Both the position numbers and the translations under genes were made by a program. Positions 10,752 to 22,156 of a DNA stretch of 64,000 nt are shown here, one piece after another. Source of the DNA: an uncultured Arcobacter sp. (lineage in GTDB: Bacteria > Campylobacterota > Campylobacteria > Campylobacterales > Arcobacteraceae). Below the pieces are notes generated by a model. The model ran no database searches. It was not told the DNA's origin and saw only the letters and a list, made by a program, of their open reading frames with translations. The stretch covers positions 1,824,001 through 1,888,000 of the forward strand of contig OZ223300.1 in the NCBI GenBank assembly GCA_965140705.1, read 5' to 3'. The first letter of the stretch is position 1, and each line of letters starts with the position of its first letter.

Positions 10752-11751
10752 TATAGAAGTAATCCTGGTATTTAGTATCATAATACTTTTTTATATAACA
10801 ATTCCCCTATCATCTTCAAAGGTAATTTTTATACCTAAAGGGAGCACAAATTATATTATAACATACCTAAATAAATCAGGTTATGACTTAAATATAATAG
10901 ATAAAGTAATCATTAAAGCAAAAGGTTATCCTCAAAGTGGTTGGATTGATTTAAAAGCTACAAGAATGACAAAAGCTGACTTTATAAATAGACTACTTAC
11001 TTCAAAAGCAGCTTTAAAATCAATTACCTTAATTCCAGGAGAAACAGCATATTATTTTTTACAAGAAATTTCTCAAAAACTAAAATTATCTTTTCCAAAA
11101 CTTCAACAAGCTTATGAGAAATATTCATACAAACTTGATGGGAATATTTTAGCAGAAACATACAATTTACCTATAGGAATGGACGAAGATCATATTGTTT
11201 TTTATCTAATTTCATATACTGACAATAAATATAAAGAGTTTTCAAATAAGATATTTGGTCACTATATAAAAAAAAGCTGGTACAAATATGTAATAATAGC
11301 TTCTATAATTCAAAAAGAAGCAGCAAATGTTGATGAGATGTCAACAGTATCTAGTGTAATTCAAAATAGACTAAAAAAAAGAATGCCACTACAAATGGAT
11401 GGTACTTTAAACTATGGGATAAACTCCCACACTAAAGTGACATCAAAAATGATAAAAGAAGACACCTCTTCATACAATACTTATAAGTATGCAGATTTAC
11501 CAGATAATCCTGTTTGTGCTGTTAGCTTAGATGCTATAAAAGCTGCAATTTTTCCATCAAAAAGTCAATATTTATATTTTTATAGAGATAAAACTACAGG
11601 AAAACATCTATTTACAAATACATACAAAGAACATATAAATAATATAAAAAAATTAAAAAATGCAAAAAGAGTAGAAGAAAAGGTATTTCCTAAAAAAGAT
11701 AAGACAGAATCTAAAAAAACTATAAAAAGTCTTTGGAAATCTGTTAATTAG
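10666..11751 (+). CDS. mltG: Endolytic murein transglycosylase MltG
   Basis: IASIIQKEA, NRLKKRMPLQMDGTLNYG and YNTYKY..LP..PV motifs; start uncertain (TTG). Confidence 0.92.
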   Translation: MIPLIKKKTKNDISDKKNKIKAIIFFSNIIEVILVFSIIILFYITIPLSSSKVIFIPKGSTNYIITYLNKSGYDLNIIDKVIIKAKGYPQSGWIDLKATRMTKADFINRLLTSKAALKSITLIPGETAYYFLQEISQKLKLSFPKLQQAYEKYSYKLDGNILAETYNLPIGMDEDHIVFYLISYTDNKYKEFSNKIFGHYIKKSWYKYVIIASIIQKEAANVDEMSTVSSVIQNRLKKRMPLQMDGTLNYGINSHTKVTSKMIKEDTSSYNTYKYADLPDNPVCAVSLDAIKAAIFPSKSQYLYFYRDKTTGKHLFTNTYKEHINNIKKLKNAKRVEEKVFPKKDKTESKKTIKSLWKSVN

Positions 11752-11853
11752 TTGAGAAGTATTGAAACAAGAAATTTAAACTGTTTCTTTATTGACACTT
11801 ATTTAAAATATTATGTATAAAATAATGATAATATGACCTACACGAAAACTTAA

Positions 11854-14064
<2,211 letters not shown>

Positions 14065-14084
14065 TTTTTATTAAATATAATTAT

Positions 14085-14114
14085 AAAGGTAGGTCATTTG
14101 ACCTACCTTTTTTT
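14085..14114 (+). terminator. Rho-independent terminator after icd
   Basis: Hairpin aaaggtaggtca-tt-tgacctaccttt followed by a T run. Confidence 0.85.
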
Positions 14115-14140
14115 ATTTGTAATTTTGAAGGAATACTATT

Positions 14141-15088
14141 ATGAAAAACAAAAAAGTAGGAATTATTGGAGTTGGAAATGTAGGTTCAACCCTTGCTTAT
14201 GCCTTAGCTTCAAAAGGAATTTGTGGAAAAATAGTTTTAAAAGATATTAGAGAAAATATTGTAAAAGCAATGGCTTTAGACATCTCCCAAGCTGCAAATG
14301 CTGCAAGTTCTAGTACACTTGTAAGTGCCGCAAAAGATTCAAACGATTTAAAAGATTGTGATGTTATTGTTATAACTGCAGGAATACCAAGAAAACCAGG
14401 TATGAGTAGAGATGATTTACTTCTTACAAATGCGAAAATTATGAAAATAGTTGTAAAAGATATAGAAGAACAAGCTCCAAATGCAATTATAATAGTGGTA
14501 TCAAATCCTCTTGATGTGATGGTTTACACAGCACTAAAAGTTTCAAACTTTCCTAAAAATCAAATCATAGGAATGGCAGGTATTTTAGATAGTGCAAGAA
14601 TGAGCCACTTTATTCTAGAAAAACTAGGCTATGGAGCAGGACAAATAAATGCTTCTGTTATGGGTGGACATGGAGATGATATGGTTCCCCTACCAAACTT
14701 CTCAACAGTAGCAGGAGTACATTTAAGTGAAGTTCTTAGTTCACAAGATATAGAAGATATAGTAGAAAAAACAAAAAATGGTGGAGCTCAAATAGTAAAA
14801 TACCTAGAAACAGGCTCAGCATACTATGCTCCTGCCCACTCTACCTCACTTATGGTAGAAGCAATCTTACATGATAAAAAAGAAGTTTACCCTTGTGCTG
14901 TTTTACTAGAGGGAGAATATGGATATAAAGATATAGTTTCAGGAGTACCAATAATGCTTGGTAAAAATGGAGTTGAAAAAGTAATAGAATTAAATCTAAC
15001 AGATGAGCAAAAAGAACTATTTAAAAAATCAGTATCCTCAGTTAAAGAATTAGTTGATACACTAAATAAAAACAACTTTTTCGAATAG
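14141..15088 (+). CDS. mdh: Malate dehydrogenase (LDH-like)
   Basis: GVGNVG, TAGIPRKPGMSRDDLL, LDSAR and GGHGD motifs. Confidence 0.97.
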   Translation: MKNKKVGIIGVGNVGSTLAYALASKGICGKIVLKDIRENIVKAMALDISQAANAASSSTLVSAAKDSNDLKDCDVIVITAGIPRKPGMSRDDLLLTNAKIMKIVVKDIEEQAPNAIIIVVSNPLDVMVYTALKVSNFPKNQIIGMAGILDSARMSHFILEKLGYGAGQINASVMGGHGDDMVPLPNFSTVAGVHLSEVLSSQDIEDIVEKTKNGGAQIVKYLETGSAYYAPAHSTSLMVEAILHDKKEVYPCAVLLEGEYGYKDIVSGVPIMLGKNGVEKVIELNLTDEQKELFKKSVSSVKELVDTLNKNNFFE

Positions 15089-15195
15089 GAAATAACTTAA
15101 GCCCTTCCTTTATCAACTTTGTAATTTATTTCTTTAAATTCATAAAAAATTAGAGTAAAATAATAGTAGTAGAACTTTTATAAAAGGAATACACT

Positions 15196-15576
15196 ATGAA
15201 AACTCAAAAACATGAACTAACAGTTGGTATACAAAAAGTTGATAGTAGTTTTTTACTTACTATAAAAGCAGTGGGTAAACTTACCCATGAAGATTATCAA
15301 ACAATAAACCCTATGATTGATTCAGCCGTTGAAGGTATTAAAAACCCTAAAATTAGAGCTATTGTTGATTGTACTGAGCTTGAGGGGTGGGAACTTGAAG
15401 CTGCTTGGGATGATTTAAAACTTGGACTTAAACATGGAAATGAGTTTGAAAAAATTGCCATAATCAATAGTAAAACTTGGATAAAAGTTGGTTCTATAAT
15501 AGCAGCTTGCTTTATCCAAGGGGAAGTGAAAAACTTCGAAAATGAGTTAGAAGCCTTTGAATGGTTAAATGAATAA
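15196..15576 (+). CDS. SpoIIAA-like (STAS/SEC14) domain protein
   Basis: GKLTHEDY and LEGWELEAAWDDLKLGLKH..FEKIAI motifs. Confidence 0.85.
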   Translation: MKTQKHELTVGIQKVDSSFLLTIKAVGKLTHEDYQTINPMIDSAVEGIKNPKIRAIVDCTELEGWELEAAWDDLKLGLKHGNEFEKIAIINSKTWIKVGSIIAACFIQGEVKNFENELEAFEWLNE

Positions 15577-15605
15577 GATGCAGAGATTTTATCTCTGTAT
15601 CTTTT
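15575..15605. terminator. Probable bidirectional terminator
   Basis: aagatgcagagat-ttt-atctctgtatctt lying between two convergent stop codons. Confidence 0.7.
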
Positions 15606-16665
15606 ACTGTAAAAGTGGTAGTTTATTTAATAACTCTTCACAATAATCCCATTGGTCTAAAGTATCTCTCCACTCTTTTGGAATAGCATTTACCCCAAAA
15701 TAAGCCCCCAGCACCATACCAATCATAATACCTCTAGAAGCATTATCACCACCAACCATAGCATTAGCTTGAAGTACCTTTTTAAGGCCATCTTCTTTGT
15801 TAGCATATTTTAAGATAAAATAAATACTTCCAGGCATAGTTCCTTCAGTAGGACTAGCTTTCCCTACTTTTATAGGTTCGCTTCTTCCCACATCCCAAAG
15901 TCTTGCCATTGAAGTAAGCGCTAAATCATCAGAAAACTGCTCTTTTGATAAATCAGATTCAGGATTTGATTCCTCTTCATATTTTGCAATTGCTTGATTA
16001 ACTTTATCTTGATAAAAACCACCCATAAGTTTTCCAACCTCTTCTATTGCGACTCTTGGTTTGCTTCCATTTATAACTCGATTTGTAACTCTAGCAAAAA
16101 ACTCTGCTCCACCTAAAGCATGAGATTCTTTATGGGTAAACATAGCTTTTTTTGCCACATCTACTAAGACTTCTTCATCATCATAGTAAGCATGAGCTGC
16201 CACATGTCTTATGGCTGTTGCATTTGAATATCCACCTAAATCTTCAGTTTTTACACCTCTTTTTACTTGTGCATAGGTTTCCCTTGTCATTGTACAAATC
16301 CAAGAACCCCAACTATTTTCTAATCTATTCATCCAATGGGGAATGATAGCTTTTACATCAAACTCTTGAATAGGATTTGTAGTTTTTGCTAAATGTTCTA
16401 ATATAAGAATATTATAATCCCCATAATCAGTTGTTCCACCAGCTTTTTTACCAGGATGATAATTTTGCTCACCCCAACCTATTCCATGGGTCATTCCACC
16501 CATCATTTCACCTGGACTCATATATTTTTCTATTGGTTTTTCACCATATGCTTTATATATTTTTTTTGCATCATATTCATAATGACTACCTAAACATAAA
16601 GCATCTGCAACAATTGATGCAAAAAAAGCACCTCTTATAGAGTCTTGTTTTGTTATATTATTCAT
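15604..16665 (-). CDS. ADP-ribosylglycohydrolase family protein (atypical metal ligands)
   Basis: RGAFFASIVADAL, GGTTDYGD and N..VGGDNASRGIMIGMVLGAYFG..AIPKEW motifs. Confidence 0.85.
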   Translation of the reverse strand: MNNITKQDSIRGAFFASIVADALCLGSHYEYDAKKIYKAYGEKPIEKYMSPGEMMGGMTHGIGWGEQNYHPGKKAGGTTDYGDYNILILEHLAKTTNPIQEFDVKAIIPHWMNRLENSWGSWICTMTRETYAQVKRGVKTEDLGGYSNATAIRHVAAHAYYDDEEVLVDVAKKAMFTHKESHALGGAEFFARVTNRVINGSKPRVAIEEVGKLMGGFYQDKVNQAIAKYEEESNPESDLSKEQFSDDLALTSMARLWDVGRSEPIKVGKASPTEGTMPGSIYFILKYANKEDGLKKVLQANAMVGGDNASRGIMIGMVLGAYFGVNAIPKEWRDTLDQWDYCEELLNKLPLLQ

Positions 16666-16698
16666 TTTTTTACCTAAGTTGTATGGTTGGGAGAGATT

Positions 16699-16726
16699 AA
16701 AAAAGGGTCATGAGATATGACCCTTT
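16699..16726 (-). terminator. Terminator after sodB
   Basis: Stem aaagggtcat/atgacccttt with an A run that reads as a U tract on the minus strand. Confidence 0.8.
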
Positions 16727-16740
16727 AAATTAGTTTTGAA

Positions 16741-17316
16741 TTATTTAAGATTTTTAGCTACAAAATCCCAGTTAACTAGTTTCCAAAAGTTTTCTAAATA
16801 GGCAGGTCTTGCATTTCTAGTATCAATATAGTATGCATGCTCCCACACGTCACATGTAAGAATTGGAGTTAAACCATCAGTTAATGGAGTTCCAGCATTT
16901 GCAGTAGAAACAATTGATAATTTACCACTTGCATCTTTAACTAACCAAGCCCATCCTGAACCAAAGTGAGTTACTGCTTTGTTTGTAAATTGAGTTTTAA
17001 ACTCTTCTACTGATCCAAAAGCTTCAACTAAAGCAGCTTCTACATCCCCAGAGATAGTTGAACCACCTGGAGTTAAACCATTCCAGAAAAAGTCATGATT
17101 AAATACTTGTGCAGCATTATTAAAAAGACCACCTTCAGCCTCTTTTACAATCTCAACTAGAGATAAATCTTCAAATTTTGTTCCAGCTATTAAATTATTT
17201 AAATTATTTACATATGTTTGATGATGTTTACCATAGTGAAATTCTAAAGTCTCTTTTGACATTAACGGTGCTAATGCATCCATTTCGTAAGGTAGTTTCA
17301 TTAATTCGTGTTTCAT
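16741..17316 (-). CDS. sodB: Fe superoxide dismutase
   Basis: [20 protein letters not shown] and DVWEHAYY motifs. Confidence 0.98.
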   Translation of the reverse strand: MKHELMKLPYEMDALAPLMSKETLEFHYGKHHQTYVNNLNNLIAGTKFEDLSLVEIVKEAEGGLFNNAAQVFNHDFFWNGLTPGGSTISGDVEAALVEAFGSVEEFKTQFTNKAVTHFGSGWAWLVKDASGKLSIVSTANAGTPLTDGLTPILTCDVWEHAYYIDTRNARPAYLENFWKLVNWDFVAKNLK

Positions 17317-17432
17317 TTTTATTCCTTTAAAAAATATTGTTGAGTAATAATGATACCCCTATTTAATTAAAAAAGAATAATAAGTTCAAATTAGTTTTAT
17401 ATTTAAGAGAAGTTTTTTTGTAATATTAGATT

Positions 17433-17456
17433 AAAAAGGGGCAAAAATCCCCTTTT
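17433..17456 (-). terminator. Terminator after the 197-aa ORF
   Basis: aaaagggg-caaaaat-cccctttt hairpin overlapping the stop codon. Confidence 0.6.
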
Positions 17457-18048
17457 ATTTATTTAATAAATCAACTAGTGGTTTTAAAGAAGCTTTCTTT
17501 TCTTCTTCATTCATTGAGCCTTCCATTGCATCTTCTTTTACTTTTCCATTGTAAATATTTGTAATATTTCCATTTTCATCAATTAAATATGCAAAATAAC
17601 CCGTTTTTGAAGTATCATATTGATTTAAAGATTTTACCATAGAACCATCATAATCATAAACCATAGGTATATTTGAACCCTTTGTCAACTCTTCTAGTTT
17701 TCCAGGAATCGCCCACTTTTTGATAAACCATGGAGCTCCTGAAATATTTGCAACCATCACATATGGCATATCAATAGTAAAGTATTTTTTCAAATCTTTT
17801 ACAACAGATAAAGAATCATGATTTCCAACAATAACTAAAGTTTTCGTACCCTTTTTAAACACACTACTTGAAGAAATAACATTTTCACTTCCAACAAGTT
17901 CAATATTTTTTGGTAGATTTTCTAAAGTTAACTTACTTTTTGCAACAACATTTGGATTAACTTGTTCTGGTTTTTCAGCAGTAAAATAAACAAGTAATCC
18001 AAAACCTATTAAACCCAAAATTACAATTTTTAATATATTTTTAAACAA
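17455..18048 (-). CDS. Membrane-anchored periplasmic hypothetical protein (possibly a Cys-less thioredoxin-like fold)
   Basis: N-terminal TM; alternating alpha/beta pattern ending AYLIDENGNI; no Cys residues. Confidence 0.55.
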   Translation of the reverse strand: MFKNILKIVILGLIGFGLLVYFTAEKPEQVNPNVVAKSKLTLENLPKNIELVGSENVISSSSVFKKGTKTLVIVGNHDSLSVVKDLKKYFTIDMPYVMVANISGAPWFIKKWAIPGKLEELTKGSNIPMVYDYDGSMVKSLNQYDTSKTGYFAYLIDENGNITNIYNGKVKEDAMEGSMNEEEKKASLKPLVDLLNK

Positions 18049-18115
18049 TTTTTTTCCTTTTATAAAATTGTAAGAGTTTAACTATTTATTATAAAAATTA
18101 GATTAATAAAGATTA

Positions 18116-19273
18116 TCATTTTAATCTTCTAACCCACTTTTTAAATAATCTATCAACTGTAATTTCATCTTCTAAAGTATCATTTTTTTTAATAAAATCT
18201 ACAAGTTTTTTTGCTAAATATGGAGATAAAACAAAACCTCTTCCTCCTACTCCATTTAGTATAAAAAGGTTGTCATATCTTTTAAATCTATCACTTTTAA
18301 CATGTGTTCCATTTTTTAAATATGGAAACATATTTAATGTTTCTTTAGAATCAATCAAACTTCCTACTAATGGAAAATAATCAAAGCTACTAGCCCTTGG
18401 TCCAAAGTAAGTTTTGAGTACTTTTACATCATTTAAAGGTCTAATATTATTTGCTTTATCTAAAAGTTCAGAAGTATCTTTTTTGTATAAGTCATTTGTA
18501 TAACCAATATTGGATAAATTTGATAATTCTGGATTTGCAAAAGCTTTATATTTTCTTTCAAGTGTATTATCAAACCTGTGATGTGTAGCACCTATTGATA
18601 CTTTATAAATATTATCATCTAATTTTTGGTGTGAAGTTGATATTGAACACTCTTTATGATAGTTAAAATTTATACAAGATGTAGTAGAAATATCTATTCT
18701 TTGTCCCCATACAGCTCTTATTTTTACATAATCTTCATCTATTAATTCTATATCAGAACCAGTAGTTAAAATAAGATTTTTTGCTTTAATTTCATTGTTA
18801 ATAATATAAAAATCATCTATTTTTTTTATATGTTTTACATCATAATTAAATTTTTTATCCACATTATTTGTAAGTTTTTTACACATATCATAAGAAATGA
18901 CTTGGGAACCTATTTTGAAAAAAAATCCACTATCTTTCTCTTCACATTCAAAATCAAAATACTTTTTATACTCTTCAAAGTTTAACCTATCTTCATCATC
19001 TTTTGGAACTCTTAAAACTCCTTTTTGGATAATCAAATCTTCATCTAAATCTTTATAAAACTCAACTGCAAATTTTAAAGATGTACTAACGAGATCTTTA
19101 AATTTATTTGGTTTTCCAAGTAAAGGTGACAAAAATCCACCAGCTGCTCCTGAAGCAAATTGTGCAACATCGTCAAACCTATCTAATAAAAGAGTTTTAT
19201 CATCTTTTAAAAAATGTGCCACACAAGATCCTGCAATTCCTGCTCCAACAATTACATAGTCATAATTTTTCAT
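18116..19273 (-). CDS. FAD-dependent oxidoreductase, MnmC C-terminal (DAO)-like
   Basis: VIVGAGIAG, ASGAAGG, IGATH, RASSFDYFPLVG and NGVGGRGFVLSP motifs. Confidence 0.8.
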   Translation of the reverse strand: MKNYDYVIVGAGIAGSCVAHFLKDDKTLLLDRFDDVAQFASGAAGGFLSPLLGKPNKFKDLVSTSLKFAVEFYKDLDEDLIIQKGVLRVPKDDEDRLNFEEYKKYFDFECEEKDSGFFFKIGSQVISYDMCKKLTNNVDKKFNYDVKHIKKIDDFYIINNEIKAKNLILTTGSDIELIDEDYVKIRAVWGQRIDISTTSCINFNYHKECSISTSHQKLDDNIYKVSIGATHHRFDNTLERKYKAFANPELSNLSNIGYTNDLYKKDTSELLDKANNIRPLNDVKVLKTYFGPRASSFDYFPLVGSLIDSKETLNMFPYLKNGTHVKSDRFKRYDNLFILNGVGGRGFVLSPYLAKKLVDFIKKNDTLEDEITVDRLFKKWVRRLK

Positions 19274-19608
19274 TAGTCATCTTTTTTATTTAATAATTTA
19301 AAATTTGGTCTCCAATACCCTCTTCCACCATGTAAACTTACACATCTAAAACCTGGTAATTTACTTTTATAAAATTCCAATCTATCTTTACTAGTCTTAC
19401 CTGTATCACAATAAAATACAAATACTGTTTTATCTTTTGGTAGAAGTTTCATTTCATAGGGATTATAAGTAATATATTCGGCTCCAGAAATTGGCTTTAA
19501 AATAGTATCTACTAAAACTACTTCTATACCATCTTTCCCAAGTTCTTCTTTATACTTTAGGTACTCTTCTTGAGTCCATTCATCTTTTTCAAATATTTTA
19601 TCATTCAT
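19273..19608 (-). CDS. Rhodanese-like single-domain protein
   Basis: VFYCDTGKTS active-site loop and SLHGG..YW; TAATG coupling to the downstream oxidoreductase. Confidence 0.7.
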   Translation of the reverse strand: MNDKIFEKDEWTQEEYLKYKEELGKDGIEVVLVDTILKPISGAEYITYNPYEMKLLPKDKTVFVFYCDTGKTSKDRLEFYKSKLPGFRCVSLHGGRGYWRPNFKLLNKKDD

Positions 19609-19675
19609 GCATTAATTTTAGTATATATTTACTTTTTTAGCAATTAATTTACTTTTTTGCTATTAAGTTTTTCAA

Positions 19676-19709
19676 CTTGATTGACTATGACTCAAGTTTG
19701 TGCTATAAT
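19676..19709 (+). promoter_or_regulatory. HspR operator (HAIR) overlapping the sigma70 promoter of cbpA-hspR
   Basis: CTTGATT-N7-ACTCAAG at 19676-19696 (one mismatch to CTTGAGT-N7-ACTCAAG). TTGACT (19681) lies 17 bp before TATAAT (19704), which has a TG extension. Confidence 0.85.
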
Positions 19710-19741
19710 TAGATAAAAAATTAATATTATATGGAGTTTTA

Positions 19742-20620
19742 ATGGCAAAAAGTTTATATGAAACTTTAGAGGTGAGTGATAGTGCCTCAAGTGATGAAAT
19801 AAAAAAAGCATACAGAAAATTAGCAAGAAAATATCACCCTGATGTAAACAAAGATAAAGATGCAGAAGAGAAATTTAAAGAGATTAATGCAGCTTATGAA
19901 GTTTTATCAGATAAAGAGAAAAAACAACAATATGACCAATATGGTGATTCTATGTTTGGTGGTCAAAATTTCCATGACTTTGCAAGAGGTCAAGGTGGAA
20001 ATGTTGACTTAGATGAAATTTTAAGACAGATGTTTGGAGGCTCTGGAGGTTTTGGTGGAAGTGGATTTAGTCATAGTGGCTTTGGTGGAAGTGGATTTAG
20101 TGGCTTTGATGAGCCAAATTTGGACATGAGCGCACAAATTACTATAGCCTTTGATGTTTCTATTCTTGGAGGGAAACAACAAGTATCTTTCAATAATGAA
20201 TCATTTGACATCAAAATACCAGAAGGTATTAGAGATGGACAAAAGATAAGAGCAAAAGGAAAAGGAAAATCATACAATGGTAGAAGAGGAGACTTAATTA
20301 TAAAAATTAATGTTGCTCCTAGTCCTGAGTATACACTTGAAGGAGATACTTTAACAAAGTATTTTGATATTCCTTTAAAAACAGCTCTTTTTGGAGGAAA
20401 AGTAGAGATAAAAACAATACATAAAACTATAACTTTAAAAGTTCCAGAAAGTACTAAACAATACCAAAGATTTAGAGTAAAAGAGTTAGGAATTCTAAAT
20501 AGAAAAACTGGAACAAAAGGTGATTTATATTTAAAAGCCAATATTGTTTTACCAAAAGTTGAAGATTTGGATGAGAATTTAGTTACTTTATTAAAAGAGA
20601 AACTACCAGAAACTATTTAA
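19742..20620 (+). CDS. cbpA: DnaJ-class co-chaperone CbpA
   Basis: J-domain with HPD, G/F-rich linker, no zinc finger; directly upstream of hspR. Confidence 0.93.
   Translation: MAKSLYETLEVSDSASSDEIKKAYRKLARKYHPDVNKDKDAEEKFKEINAAYEVLSDKEKKQQYDQYGDSMFGGQNFHDFARGQGGNVDLDEILRQMFGGSGGFGGSGFSHSGFGGSGFSGFDEPNLDMSAQITIAFDVSILGGKQQVSFNNESFDIKIPEGIRDGQKIRAKGKGKSYNGRRGDLIIKINVAPSPEYTLEGDTLTKYFDIPLKTALFGGKVEIKTIHKTITLKVPESTKQYQRFRVKELGILNRKTGTKGDLYLKANIVLPKVEDLDENLVTLLKEKLPETI
20051..20101 (+). repeat. 21-nt direct repeat in the G/F-rich linker of cbpA
   Basis: tttggtggaagtggatttagt at 20051 and 20081 (FGGSGFS twice). Confidence 0.85.
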
Positions 20621-20631
20621 GAGAGGATATT

Positions 20632-21012
20632 ATGGAAACAAACTCATACACAGAACCTGTATATTTAATTTCAGTTGTTGCACAAATTCTAGAAATCCAT
20701 CCACAAACACTAAGACAATATGAAAGGGAGGGGTTAATTACCCCTTCAAGAACAAATGGAAAGATTCGTTTATACTCTCAAAAAGATATTGACCATATTA
20801 AATATGTATTAAGGCTTACAAGGGAGTTAGGAATAAATCTTGCGGGTGTTGATTTAATACTTCAATTAAATAAAAAAATAAAAGATTTAGAAGAAGATGT
20901 TCAAAAATATAAAACTCAATTAAAACAAATAGATAAATTTGGGGTTGTACCATCATCAAAAGCTTTAGTGATTAAAAAAAGCTCTTATGACATAGTAATT
21001 TTCGAAGAGTAG
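20632..21012 (+). CDS. hspR: MerR-family heat-shock repressor HspR
   Basis: EPVYLISVVA.ILEIHPQTLRQYEREGL and LTRELGINLAGV motifs. Confidence 0.96.
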   Translation: METNSYTEPVYLISVVAQILEIHPQTLRQYEREGLITPSRTNGKIRLYSQKDIDHIKYVLRLTRELGINLAGVDLILQLNKKIKDLEEDVQKYKTQLKQIDKFGVVPSSKALVIKKSSYDIVIFEE

Positions 21013-21019
21013 AAGTTTT

Positions 21020-22156
21020 CTACTCTGATAAGTGATATTGAACTACGTAGTCTCTCATTAATGGTGGCACATCTAAATAATTGTCTTTATCAGTAATTAT
21101 GTTTTGTTTAGCCCCATCTGTAGGTTCTGGCTCTTGTTTTTTAGGTTCTGGTTTAGACTCAAAACCAGTAGCAACTATAGTAATTTTCACTTCATCTTTT
21201 TGTAAAGAATCATCTGAAGTTGTACCAAAAATAATCTCAGCATTTGAATCAATAGTTTCATGTATTTTTTCCATGACATTATTAATAGCAAACATAGAAA
21301 TTTGAGGATGAATATTAAAGTGGATTAAGATACCTTTTGCACCACTTAATGACATCTTATCAAGTAAAGGAGAGTTTGTAGCAGCGTCTAAAGCTTTAAT
21401 AGCAGCATCTTCACCTTTTGCTCGTCCTATTCCCATAAGTGCCATACCTTTGTGTTGCATGATTGTTTTTACATCTGCAAAGTCAGTATTAATATCACTA
21501 TTTCCTGGGTTTAGAATAACTTCACTCATACCATTTACTGCTTGGTATAAAATATTATCAATGATTTTAAAAGCATCTTTCATACCAATATCTTTATCAA
21601 CGATATCAAGAAGTCTATCATTTGGTACTACGATTATAGAATCACTTACTTTTTTTATCTCTTCAAGACCTAGATTTGCCAATCCTGCTCTTTTTTTACC
21701 TTCCCAAGTAAAAGGTTTAGTTACAACAGAAACAGTTAAAGCACCTATTTCTTTAGCTGCTTTTGCAATAATGGCAGCAGCTCCTGTTCCAGTACCTCCA
21801 CCAAGACCAGCAGCAATAAAAACAATATCAGCACCAGTTAAAGTACTTTTTATCTCTTCATAACTTTCAATTGCTGAATCTCTACCAACTTCTGGCTTCA
21901 TCCCAGCACCTAACCCTTTGGTTAGTTTTGCACCTAATTGTATTTTTTTAGGAGCTCTTGAGATATTTAAAACTTGTAAATCTGTATTAGCTGAAATTAA
22001 ATCAATTCTTCTAGTACCCTCTTGAATCATATGATTGACCATGTTACAGCCACCACCACCAACTCCAACAACGGTGATTTTTGCTACATTATCTGACAAA
22101 GTTTTGTTTGGCATTTCTACTGTTATATCATCCACTCTAAATAATCCATTATCCAT
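21020..22156 (-). CDS. ftsZ: Cell division protein FtsZ
   Basis: GVGGGGCN and GLGGGTGTGAA tubulin signature; start taken at the ATG overlapping the ftsA stop (TAATG). Confidence 0.97.
   Translation of the reverse strand: MDNGLFRVDDITVEMPNKTLSDNVAKITVVGVGGGGCNMVNHMIQEGTRRIDLISANTDLQVLNISRAPKKIQLGAKLTKGLGAGMKPEVGRDSAIESYEEIKSTLTGADIVFIAAGLGGGTGTGAAAIIAKAAKEIGALTVSVVTKPFTWEGKKRAGLANLGLEEIKKVSDSIIVVPNDRLLDIVDKDIGMKDAFKIIDNILYQAVNGMSEVILNPGNSDINTDFADVKTIMQHKGMALMGIGRAKGEDAAIKALDAATNSPLLDKMSLSGAKGILIHFNIHPQISMFAINNVMEKIHETIDSNAEIIFGTTSDDSLQKDEVKITIVATGFESKPEPKKQEPEPTDGAKQNIITDKDNYLDVPPLMRDYVVQYHLSE

Noticed and set aside
17317..17432. Fur/PerR box upstream of sodB (also looked for upstream of tolC)
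   Set aside because: Only weak AT-rich partial matches, not distinguishable from background.
20051..20101. Repeat in cbpA as a contingency locus
   Set aside because: It is a two-copy in-frame duplication in the naturally low-complexity G/F linker.
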